Part shown: piece after piece, positions 29,150 through 37,400 of the stretch
Position numbering within the stretch: the first letter of the stretch is position 1
Layout: each line of letters begins with the position of its first letter
Origin: an uncultured Pelagibacteraceae bacterium
Lineage (GTDB): Bacteria; Pseudomonadota; Alphaproteobacteria; Pelagibacterales; Pelagibacteraceae
NCBI GenBank assembly: GCA_902534465.1
Contig: CACAPU010000004.1
Location: 16,403-80,402 of the forward strand
Direction: 5' to 3'
Length of the DNA stretch: 64,000 nucleotides
Position numbers and translations under genes: made by a program
The notes under the pieces: generated by a model
Told to the model about the DNA's origin: nothing
What the model saw: only the letters and a program-made list of their open reading frames with translations
Databases searched by the model: none

Positions 29150-29659
29150 ATGTTAAAATTTTTGAACAGCATTGATCGTTTTATCCATCGGATGTTGGAA
29201 GCTATGTGCTCACTCTTGTTGGCTGCTATGGTTGCTTTCACTCTTTATAATGTAACAATGCGATATGTTTTTAACAATCCTCCAGTTTGGGGTGACTTGC
29301 TAACAGTGTTAAGTAATATTTGGTTGATGTTTATAGCACTTTCTCTAACAGCAAGGGATAATGAACACGTAGCTTTAAATTTAATTTATGAAAAATTGCC
29401 AGACAGATTTGCTTTATATATACGGCAGTTCTGGAAAATTATGATTATGATAATTGGCGTGGTCTTAATTATTTATGGAATTGAACTTGTAGAGGGTATG
29501 CGAGGAAAGTACTGGGAAATGTGGTATTTTGAAATTAGTATGCAAGGTATTGAGTTCAAACCAAATTATATGCCCAAAAAATATGCAGTTGCAATCTTAC
29601 CTTTGGCTGGATTTTTGACGACCATTGGTGCTGCAATTGGTTTTTTCAAAAAGGTTTAA
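29150..29659 (+). CDS. dctQ: TRAP small permease
   Basis: 4 TM segments; VTMRYVFNNPPVW and HVAL motifs. Confidence 0.88.
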   Translation: MLKFLNSIDRFIHRMLEAMCSLLLAAMVAFTLYNVTMRYVFNNPPVWGDLLTVLSNIWLMFIALSLTARDNEHVALNLIYEKLPDRFALYIRQFWKIMIMIIGVVLIIYGIELVEGMRGKYWEMWYFEISMQGIEFKPNYMPKKYAVAILPLAGFLTTIGAAIGFFKKV

Positions 29660-29674
29660 TTCTTAAAATTTATT

Positions 29675-31600
29675 TTAACCTTTGCCTCTCCAAGGTATAG
29701 TTTTGTCTATTATTTTTCTTAAGGTCACATCAAACAATAAACCAAGCATACCCATTATAAATATTGTTATCCAAATTACTTCATATTGAAAATATTTTTT
29801 TGCAACATTTTCAACAAAACCAATACCTGTTGTTCCAGCTAAAAATTCTGCTGCAACTAAAGTTCCCCAACACATTCCTACAGCGACTCTTATTCCGGTA
29901 AGAATTTCAGGTAAAGAATTTGGAAAAATAACATGCCTTAGTATTTGTCTTTTTGATGCCCCAAGCGAATGTGCAGCATGAATTTTAGAAAGTTGTGTCC
30001 CAGATGCTCCCGCTCTAGCTGATATAATCATAATTGATAATGAAACCATAAATAATAAAAATACTTTACCTGTATTATCAATTCCAAGAACAGAAATTAT
30101 TAAAGGTGCCCAAGCTAATGGTGGAACAGGCCTGTATAGTTCGATTAAAGGATCAAAGAAACCTTTGGCAAATCTATTTAGTCCCATGAATAAACCCAAT
30201 GGCACCCCAATAATTATTCCAAACACTAATCCTAAAAATACTCTTAAGAAAGAGTCCCAGATATGACCATAAGGAACAGGTATCTTAAATAATTTAAAAT
30301 CACCTGTTACAATTTTTAATACTTTTCCTTTAAAGTTTTCCTTAACAATACCTTCACTTGTGTGAACAGGGTATTCACCAGGTAAAATATCAGCAATCCA
30401 ATCTGGTAAAATAAATCCAATAATCGAGCTTACATCTATCATTTCTATCCAAAGAAGAGGGATATTTTTGTAACCTACGCTTGGTTTAGACATTAATATA
30501 AATTTATTAAATGTATCTGAAGGTTTGGGTAACCATCTTCCTGATCCTTGTTCAGAACAACTTGGTCCACTAGCAACAATTGTTCCAGCTGGAAATAAAA
30601 GAATATCAATTAATCTTAGACCAGCTTGCTCACTTTCTTGGAGATTATCAAATTCAATAATTGCATTTTGCATTTCATTTAGAGCATTAGGTGGATAAAT
30701 ACTTGCAAACTCTATTCTTCTTGCAATTTTGACAATATTTTTTGCATAGTCGGACGCAATTTCTTCAGAGTCATTTAAATTTTTTCTATAAACTTTGACC
30801 TCATCTTTTAATTGTTTTATAGATTTTTTGAATTGTGGATTGTGATTTCTTAATTTAAAAAATTTATCATTTATGATTTTAAGTTCTTCAGCTGCAGCTT
30901 GAAATTTCAATCCTTTGGCTGTTTCAGCAACAAATGGGACCTCTATAGTATTTTCTATTGATCCTGTTCCAGATCTTACTGTAATTATACCCCATTCACC
31001 TTGTTCTGAAATTGCTTTAAGTCTATCATTTTTTTGATCATTAGTTTCAAATGGATAATCTTGCTTTTTAAAATTAGAACTTAAAAGTCTGATTTCTTTA
31101 GTCATCTCATCAATTTTTATTTTTGTATCCATTTCAATTAAATCTTCATTTGTTAAAAGAGGTATTAATTGTTTAGTCTTGTTTATAAATCCAACTAAAA
31201 TTGTTTTTTGTTGACTACTTAGATCTTTAGAATTCTGTATTTCAGATGTAATTTTTTTTAGATTTTTGTTCTCGATTTTAATAATTGATGTACTTTTAAA
31301 TTCTCTTTCTTCGATAGGAAATTGATATTTTAATCCTAATAATGATTCATTAATTTTTGCAACTTGACATAATTCATTTGCAGATTTTGGATAAAAACCT
31401 TTTGCAATATCCCATGAATAATAAAGCCAAACTAATAATATTGCAGCACTACCAACAATAACCCAATGAGTTCCCCCTCTAGCTCTTTCTGGATTACCAA
31501 ATACTGCATCAACTTTTTCAGTTTGAATAAGTCTTCTTCCGTAAAGTATACATCCAATTATAGATACAAAAATTAGTATTGTTAATATTTGAGTTAACAT
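29675..31600 (-). CDS. tauC: Taurine ABC permease with large extramembrane insertion
   Basis: C-terminal TauC core (LYRPVPPLAW, IHAAHSLGAS, WGTLVAAE, IPWRGKG); 641 aa. Confidence 0.85.
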   Translation of the reverse strand: MLTQILTILIFVSIIGCILYGRRLIQTEKVDAVFGNPERARGGTHWVIVGSAAILLVWLYYSWDIAKGFYPKSANELCQVAKINESLLGLKYQFPIEEREFKSTSIIKIENKNLKKITSEIQNSKDLSSQQKTILVGFINKTKQLIPLLTNEDLIEMDTKIKIDEMTKEIRLLSSNFKKQDYPFETNDQKNDRLKAISEQGEWGIITVRSGTGSIENTIEVPFVAETAKGLKFQAAAEELKIINDKFFKLRNHNPQFKKSIKQLKDEVKVYRKNLNDSEEIASDYAKNIVKIARRIEFASIYPPNALNEMQNAIIEFDNLQESEQAGLRLIDILLFPAGTIVASGPSCSEQGSGRWLPKPSDTFNKFILMSKPSVGYKNIPLLWIEMIDVSSIIGFILPDWIADILPGEYPVHTSEGIVKENFKGKVLKIVTGDFKLFKIPVPYGHIWDSFLRVFLGLVFGIIIGVPLGLFMGLNRFAKGFFDPLIELYRPVPPLAWAPLIISVLGIDNTGKVFLLFMVSLSIMIISARAGASGTQLSKIHAAHSLGASKRQILRHVIFPNSLPEILTGIRVAVGMCWGTLVAAEFLAGTTGIGFVENVAKKYFQYEVIWITIFIMGMLGLLFDVTLRKIIDKTIPWRGKG

Positions 31601-32398
31601 TTAATTTTCTTTCCCCATTATTTCTTCCTCCATGTTCCAAATCATGGATAATATTTCTTCACGCTTAGATGAAAATTCTTTATTCTTTTTAATTTCTCTT
31701 AAATCTTCTTTTAAACCCATTTCTGCAAAAGGAAGATTGTACTCTTTATGTATCCTGCCTGGTCTTGGCGCCATTACATATAGTCTTTCACCAAGTAGTA
31801 AGGCTTCCTCTACTGAGTGAGTAATTAAAATAATTGTTTTGCCTGTTTCTTTCCAAATCTTAAGAACTAAGGATTGCATTTTTTCTCTTGTTAAAGCATC
31901 AAGAGCACCTAATGGCTCGTCCATTAATATTAAATCTGGATCATTTATCAGACATCTTGCAAGTGCAACTCTCTGCTGCATTCCTCCTGACAATTGGTAT
32001 GTAGGAGTGTTACCAAAACCTTTTAATCCAACAATTTCTAACCATTCATCAACTTTTTTGGCTGTTTTAATTGGATCTTCTTTTTTCATCCTAAGACCGA
32101 AATCAACATTTTCAGCAACCGTTAACCATTCAAATAAAGCCCCTTGTTGAAATACCATTCCTCTTTCTACACCAGGACCGTTAATTTCATTTCCACCAAG
32201 AACAATAGAGCCAGACGTCGGTCTTAAAAATCCTGCTGCTATATTTAAAAGTGTAGTTTTACCACAACCTGAAGGACCTAGGACTGTAAGTAGTTCACCT
32301 TTTTTAAGAGTGAAACTTACATCTTTTAATGCATGAACAGTTTCTCCCTTAGGTGTTTTAAAGATCATATTTAGATCTTGAGTAACTAAATCACTCAT
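31601..32398 (-). CDS. tauB: Taurine ABC ATPase
   Basis: GPSGCGKTT, LSGGMQQR, DEPLGALDALTRE, APRPGRI. Confidence 0.88.
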   Translation of the reverse strand: MSDLVTQDLNMIFKTPKGETVHALKDVSFTLKKGELLTVLGPSGCGKTTLLNIAAGFLRPTSGSIVLGGNEINGPGVERGMVFQQGALFEWLTVAENVDFGLRMKKEDPIKTAKKVDEWLEIVGLKGFGNTPTYQLSGGMQQRVALARCLINDPDLILMDEPLGALDALTREKMQSLVLKIWKETGKTIILITHSVEEALLLGERLYVMAPRPGRIHKEYNLPFAEMGLKEDLREIKKNKEFSSKREEILSMIWNMEEEIMGKEN

Positions 32399-32431
32399 AA
32401 AGTAACTTTATATAAAAATTTTATTAAAAAA

Positions 32432-32460
32432 AATAGGCGCTAATTTGATTAGCGCCTATT
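32432..32460 (-). terminator. Stem-loop with U-tract after tauA
   Basis: AATAGGCGCTAAT-TTG-ATTAGCGCCTATT preceded by an A-run on the + strand. Confidence 0.75.
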
Positions 32461-32480
32461 AAATATTTTTACTCCTTAAA

Positions 32481-33422
32481 TTATAAAGGTAAGAAACTTG
32501 TATCTACATTTCCACCTGGAGTTCCCATTCCTTTTAAGAATGCATCAAGGTTTCCACTTTCCATAGATTGTTTAGTTTCTTCTGGAGTTAAGAATTTAAA
32601 TCCACTTAAAGTTTCTTTCATATCTGCAACTTTCATTTCAGAAGCTTTAGACATAGCATTCATATCACTCTTACCTGCTCTGTATCTGTCATTTGCTTCA
32701 TGAGTTACTTCTATAAAAGTTCTTAACATTCCAGGATTTTCCTTCATAAATTTATCAGTTACTGAAGTAATATCTATTCCTAGAATTCCAGCTGCTCTTG
32801 CTTCATCTACTGTTAGTAATCTTGAACCTACAGCCACTGCTGCTTTAATAGAGTTACCACCAAATAAACATGCCATTACAACATCACCACTTACTAACGC
32901 AGCAGCACCTTCTTCAGGGTCCATTTGAATTATATCCATTTTACTTCTGTCAGCCCCAACAACTTTCATACTTTCATCAAATACATACTCAGCCATTGTC
33001 CCTAGTGGAACAGCAACTTTTTTACCTTCTAATTCAGTTGCATTAGCTTTAGTAATTCCAGAAGCGTTAGATGTAACACAAGTAGTTCCGCCCATTCCGT
33101 ATTCCATAGCAATATCAACTAACTTTATAGGTGCATTAGATTTTACGGCATTAATAAAAGGCACTAGACCTTGTGAATAAGATATATCAATGTCTCCAGC
33201 TAGCATTGCATCTGTCATTGCTCCACCATTTGTGAAGTTTGTCCATTTTACAGGAACTCCAAGAGCTTTAGCAAAATTCTTTTTTTGCATGTCCTCTAGA
33301 TTTGGACTAGGCCATTCTAGAAAGTATGCAACCCTAACTTCATTTGCAGCAGCATTTGCAGCTGAAATTGATAGATTAAGAGCAAATAAACTTCCTAAAA
33401 TAAAACTAATTATTTTCTTCAT
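32481..33422 (-). CDS. tauA: Taurine ABC substrate-binding protein
   Basis: Signal peptide, VAYFLEWP, GDIDISYSQGLVPF, GKKVAVPLGT; SD AAGGAG. Confidence 0.88.
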   Translation of the reverse strand: MKKIISFILGSLFALNLSISAANAAANEVRVAYFLEWPSPNLEDMQKKNFAKALGVPVKWTNFTNGGAMTDAMLAGDIDISYSQGLVPFINAVKSNAPIKLVDIAMEYGMGGTTCVTSNASGITKANATELEGKKVAVPLGTMAEYVFDESMKVVGADRSKMDIIQMDPEEGAAALVSGDVVMACLFGGNSIKAAVAVGSRLLTVDEARAAGILGIDITSVTDKFMKENPGMLRTFIEVTHEANDRYRAGKSDMNAMSKASEMKVADMKETLSGFKFLTPEETKQSMESGNLDAFLKGMGTPGGNVDTSFLPL

Positions 33423-33650
33423 TTTATCTCCTTAATTAAATTTAATTAATGTTATTTAAGTTCAATTTTGAATATAAGTAAATGAATTTTGTAGGCATCA
33501 TAATCACAGGTAATTTGAGTGTCTAAAATAGGTTCAACTTTTGGTTGTATTTAATATTACGTAATGACATACTAAAAATGCATAGAAATTATTTTCTATT
33601 TTTTTATTTTAGTCTATGAGAGAGTATTAATTACAATTTAAAAATTTTTT

Positions 33651-34994
33651 ATGAGTTCAGAAAAGCCACAAATACCTAATTCTTTGAATGAGCATTGGAT
33701 GCCATTTTCATCCAATAGAGATTTTAAAACAAACCCCAGATTAATCGTTGAGGCAAAAGGCGTTTATTTAAAAAATCATCAAGGTAAGACTCAAATCGAT
33801 GCGAGCTCTGGATTATTTTGTAATCCGTTGGGTCATGGTAGAGAGGAAATAATTGAAGCAATTACAAAACAATTAAGAACAGTAGACTATGCTCAACCAT
33901 TCCAACAAGGTTTTGGTGGATCATTTGAATTAGCAACAAGAATTTCAAAACATACACCAGGAAATTTAAATAGAATTTTTTATACTATTTGTGGGTCAAC
34001 TGCAGTGGAAACAGCAATCAAAATTTCAGTAGCTTATCATAAAGCTAGAGGTGAAGGAGAAAGATTTAGATTTGTAGGAAGAGAAAGAGCTTACCACGGT
34101 ATGAATATTGGAGCGACATCAGTGGGGGGTATGATTAATAATGTAAAAACTTTTGCAAGCGTTTTAATGCCAGGTGTTGTTCATATGAGACACACACATT
34201 TGCCAGAACATAAGTTTGTGTCAGGTCAACCTGAAACAGGAGCTGAAATTGCAGAAGACCTAGAGAGAATTTGTACAAATTTTGGATCAGAAAATATTGC
34301 AGCATGTATTGTTGAACCAATTGCAGGATCTACAGGAACTCTAGTTCCACCAAAAGGATATTTACAAAGACTTAGAGAAATATGTGATAAACATGGCATA
34401 CTTTTAATCTTTGATGAAGTTATTACTGGATGGGGAAGAACAGGTTCTCCATTTGCATCACAAGAATACGGAGTTACCCCAGATATTATAACTATGGCAA
34501 AAGCTACGACAAATGGAATAAGTCCTCTGGGTGCAGTTGCATGTAAAGAAGAAATATATGATACGGTAATGGATGGATCACCGAAGGGCTCTATAGAATT
34601 ATTTCATGGTTATACATACTCAGGAATACCTGTCTCTGTTGCAGCAGGATTAGCTGTTCAAGATATCTTTGAAAAAGAGGATATATTTAATAGAGCTAAA
34701 AATTTAGCACCATATTTCCAAGAGGGTTTGATGTCGTTAAAAGATATAGACGTTGTAGACAATATAAGAGGTTATGGAATGATGGGTGGAATTGATATTA
34801 AAATGGATAAAAAACCAGGAGCTGCAGGATTTACATGTTTTAAACATTGCTATGATGCTGGAGTAAATTTTAAAGCTACAGGAGATTGTTTAATTATTGC
34901 GCCAATGTTTATTTGTGAGAAGAAACACATCGACGAAATAATAGATAAATTAAGAACAGGGATTACAAATTACTCAAAAAGCAAAAAAAACTAA
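33651..34994 (+). CDS. tpa: Class III omega-amino acid:pyruvate aminotransferase (probable taurine:pyruvate aminotransferase)
   Basis: FDEVITGWGRTG, PLP Lys in TMAKATTNG; lies between tauA and ald; substrate inferred from context. Confidence 0.72.
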   Translation: MSSEKPQIPNSLNEHWMPFSSNRDFKTNPRLIVEAKGVYLKNHQGKTQIDASSGLFCNPLGHGREEIIEAITKQLRTVDYAQPFQQGFGGSFELATRISKHTPGNLNRIFYTICGSTAVETAIKISVAYHKARGEGERFRFVGRERAYHGMNIGATSVGGMINNVKTFASVLMPGVVHMRHTHLPEHKFVSGQPETGAEIAEDLERICTNFGSENIAACIVEPIAGSTGTLVPPKGYLQRLREICDKHGILLIFDEVITGWGRTGSPFASQEYGVTPDIITMAKATTNGISPLGAVACKEEIYDTVMDGSPKGSIELFHGYTYSGIPVSVAAGLAVQDIFEKEDIFNRAKNLAPYFQEGLMSLKDIDVVDNIRGYGMMGGIDIKMDKKPGAAGFTCFKHCYDAGVNFKATGDCLIIAPMFICEKKHIDEIIDKLRTGITNYSKSKKN

Positions 34995-35003
34995 TTCACT
35001 TAT

Positions 35004-36119
35004 ATGAAAATAGGTGTTCCAAAAGAAATAAAGTCCCAAGAAAATAGAATTGGCCTCACGCCTGAAAGTGTTAAAATATTAACCTCAAATGGCAATGAGG
35101 TAATGGTTGAAAATAATGGTGGTTTTGAGGCTGGATTTTATAATGAACAATATAAGTCAGCTGGTGCAAAAATTGTAGACAAAGCAGAAGATATTTTTAA
35201 TGATTCTGAAATAATTGTAAAAGTAAAAGAACCTCAATCAAGTGAAGTAAAAATGATTAAAGAAAACCAAATTGTTTTTACATATTTACACTTAGCAGCT
35301 GCAAAAGAACTTACAAAAGGTTTGGTAGACTCAAAATCAGTTTGTATTGCTTATGAAACTGTAACTGACAACAATGGTAGATTACCTTTGTTAGCTCCAA
35401 TGAGTGCAGTTGCTGGGAGAATGTCAGTTCAAGCAGGCGCACATTGCCTTGAAAAAAACCAAAAAGGAAGAGGACTTCTTTTGGGAGGAGCGCCTGGTGT
35501 CGATCCAGGAAATGTAGTTATATTGGGTGGAGGAGTTGTAGGTGAAAATGCAGCAATTATTGCTACAGGCATGAAAGCAAAAGTTCATATAGTAGACAAA
35601 TCTGAAAAAAGACTAGATGAATTAGCTAAAAAATTTGGTGATCTTATAATACCAAAACTAAGTGATGAAACTGATTTAGAAAAATTAATTTCAGAATGTG
35701 ATTTGTTGGTTGGAGGCGTTTTGATTCCAGGTGCAGAAGCACCAAAACTTGTCACAAAAAAAATGTTAAAAAATATGAAAAGAGGATCAGTAATTGTAGA
35801 TGTAGCAATTGATCAAGGCGGATGTGTTGAAACAAGTAAACCGACCACATTCGCTGACCCAACATACATTGTAGATGATATTGTTCATTATTGTGTAGCT
35901 AACATGCCAGGAGGTGTTCCAAGAACATCAACAATTGCTTTAAATAAAGCAACCCTCCCTTTCTTATCTAAATTAGCTACAGATGGATATTTAAAAGCTT
36001 TAGGAGATGATCCAAATTTTTTAGCAGGTTTGAATGTTCATAAAGGTCAAATTACATATAAGGCAGTTGCCGATGTCTTTGGATATGATTATTTAACCGC
36101 AAGAGATGCATTAAATTAA
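35004..36119 (+). CDS. ald: Alanine dehydrogenase
   Basis: MKIGVPKEIK, FTYLHLA, VAIDQGGC, HYCVANMPG. Confidence 0.96.
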   Translation: MKIGVPKEIKSQENRIGLTPESVKILTSNGNEVMVENNGGFEAGFYNEQYKSAGAKIVDKAEDIFNDSEIIVKVKEPQSSEVKMIKENQIVFTYLHLAAAKELTKGLVDSKSVCIAYETVTDNNGRLPLLAPMSAVAGRMSVQAGAHCLEKNQKGRGLLLGGAPGVDPGNVVILGGGVVGENAAIIATGMKAKVHIVDKSEKRLDELAKKFGDLIIPKLSDETDLEKLISECDLLVGGVLIPGAEAPKLVTKKMLKNMKRGSVIVDVAIDQGGCVETSKPTTFADPTYIVDDIVHYCVANMPGGVPRTSTIALNKATLPFLSKLATDGYLKALGDDPNFLAGLNVHKGQITYKAVADVFGYDYLTARDALN

Positions 36120-36727
36120 TTAAGAATTTTTAGTAGTTTTTTTTCAATATTACCACTTATAATTATTATTCCTTTTTCATTAGGGTGCATTCCATCGTCT
36201 AAATTTAATTCAGGATTTAAAGCAACCCCATCAAGCAAAAAAGGAATTAAACTTAAGTCATATTTATCAGATAGATTTTTATAAATTTTATCAAATTTAT
36301 TTTTATAATCTTTTCCATGACTATCTGGCGCTACCATTCCTGCTAAAATTATTTGAATATTTTTGTTTAATATCTTTTTTATAGTTTTCTCCAAATTTTT
36401 TTTAGTTTCATTTGGACTAATACCACGCAACATATCATTTGCACCCAGACCAATTAAAATTAAATCGATATTCTTTTCTGCAATTGTCCATTCTATCCTG
36501 TTTAAACCACCTGCAGATGTATCACCCGATACACTTGCATTGATTACCTTAACTTTTAAACCATTTCTATTTAAATTTTTCTCAAGCACTGAAGATAGAT
36601 GATATTTTTTATCTAAACCATATCCTGCCATTAGACTATCACCGAATAAGACAACTTTGTAATCGGCTTTAGCTACAAATCCTGGTATTAATAAAATAAT
36701 TATTTTAATTATTAATTTTTTAATCAT
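36116..36727 (-). CDS. tesA: SGNH/GDSL arylesterase
   Basis: FGDSLMAGYG, LGANDMLRG, DGMHPN; divergent from the ybbA/ybbP-like pair. Confidence 0.88.
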   Translation of the reverse strand: MIKKLIIKIIILLIPGFVAKADYKVVLFGDSLMAGYGLDKKYHLSSVLEKNLNRNGLKVKVINASVSGDTSAGGLNRIEWTIAEKNIDLILIGLGANDMLRGISPNETKKNLEKTIKKILNKNIQIILAGMVAPDSHGKDYKNKFDKIYKNLSDKYDLSLIPFLLDGVALNPELNLDDGMHPNEKGIIIISGNIEKKLLKILN

Positions 36728-37400
36728 GAATAAACTTTTAAAATTGTCTAATGTTAGTTTAAATTATACCATAGATAACAACTCTATAAATATTTTAAAA
36801 AATATTAGCTTTGAAGTAGACTATAAAGAGACTATTTCAATAGTTGGAGAAAGCGGTTCAGGTAAAACAAGTTTAATTATGTTAATTGGAGGTCTCGAAA
36901 AGATCTCGGCAGGAAATATTTTTTTTAAGGACTCAGAAATATCCAATATGACCGAGGATGAAATTTCTGAAATCAGAAGAAAAAATATTGGAATAGTATT
37001 TCAATCATTTTATTTGATACCAAATTACACCGCACTGGAAAATGTGAGCCTATCTTTAGAAATAAATAAACTTGATAATGCAACAAAAAAAGCAAAAGAA
37101 ATTTTAGATAGATTTGGATTAAGCAATAGATTTAACAATCTTCCTAGTCAGCTATCAGGAGGTGAACAGCAGAGAGTAGCTATTGCAAGATCTGTTGTAA
37201 TGAAACCAGAGCTTATTTTAGCTGATGAGCCAACTGGTAATTTAGATAGTGAAAATACAGAGAATATTTCTAATTTACTTTTTAATTATATAAAAGATGA
37301 AAACGCTAGCTTAATTATGGTCACTCACGACAATAATTTAGCAAATTTAACTAAAAGAAAAATAACTATTAAAGATGGAGTGATTAGTGAAAATCAATGA
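36726..37400 (+). CDS. ABC ATPase (YbbA/LolD-like)
   Basis: GESGSGKT, LSGGEQQRVA, ADEPTGNLD. Confidence 0.9.
   Translation: MNKLLKLSNVSLNYTIDNNSINILKNISFEVDYKETISIVGESGSGKTSLIMLIGGLEKISAGNIFFKDSEISNMTEDEISEIRRKNIGIVFQSFYLIPNYTALENVSLSLEINKLDNATKKAKEILDRFGLSNRFNNLPSQLSGGEQQRVAIARSVVMKPELILADEPTGNLDSENTENISNLLFNYIKDENASLIMVTHDNNLANLTKRKITIKDGVISENQ

Noticed and set aside
26731-29659. TRAP system as HpsKLM or IseKLM
   Set aside because: I cannot recognise specific similarity to those proteins and it is not adjacent to hpsN; substrate left unassigned
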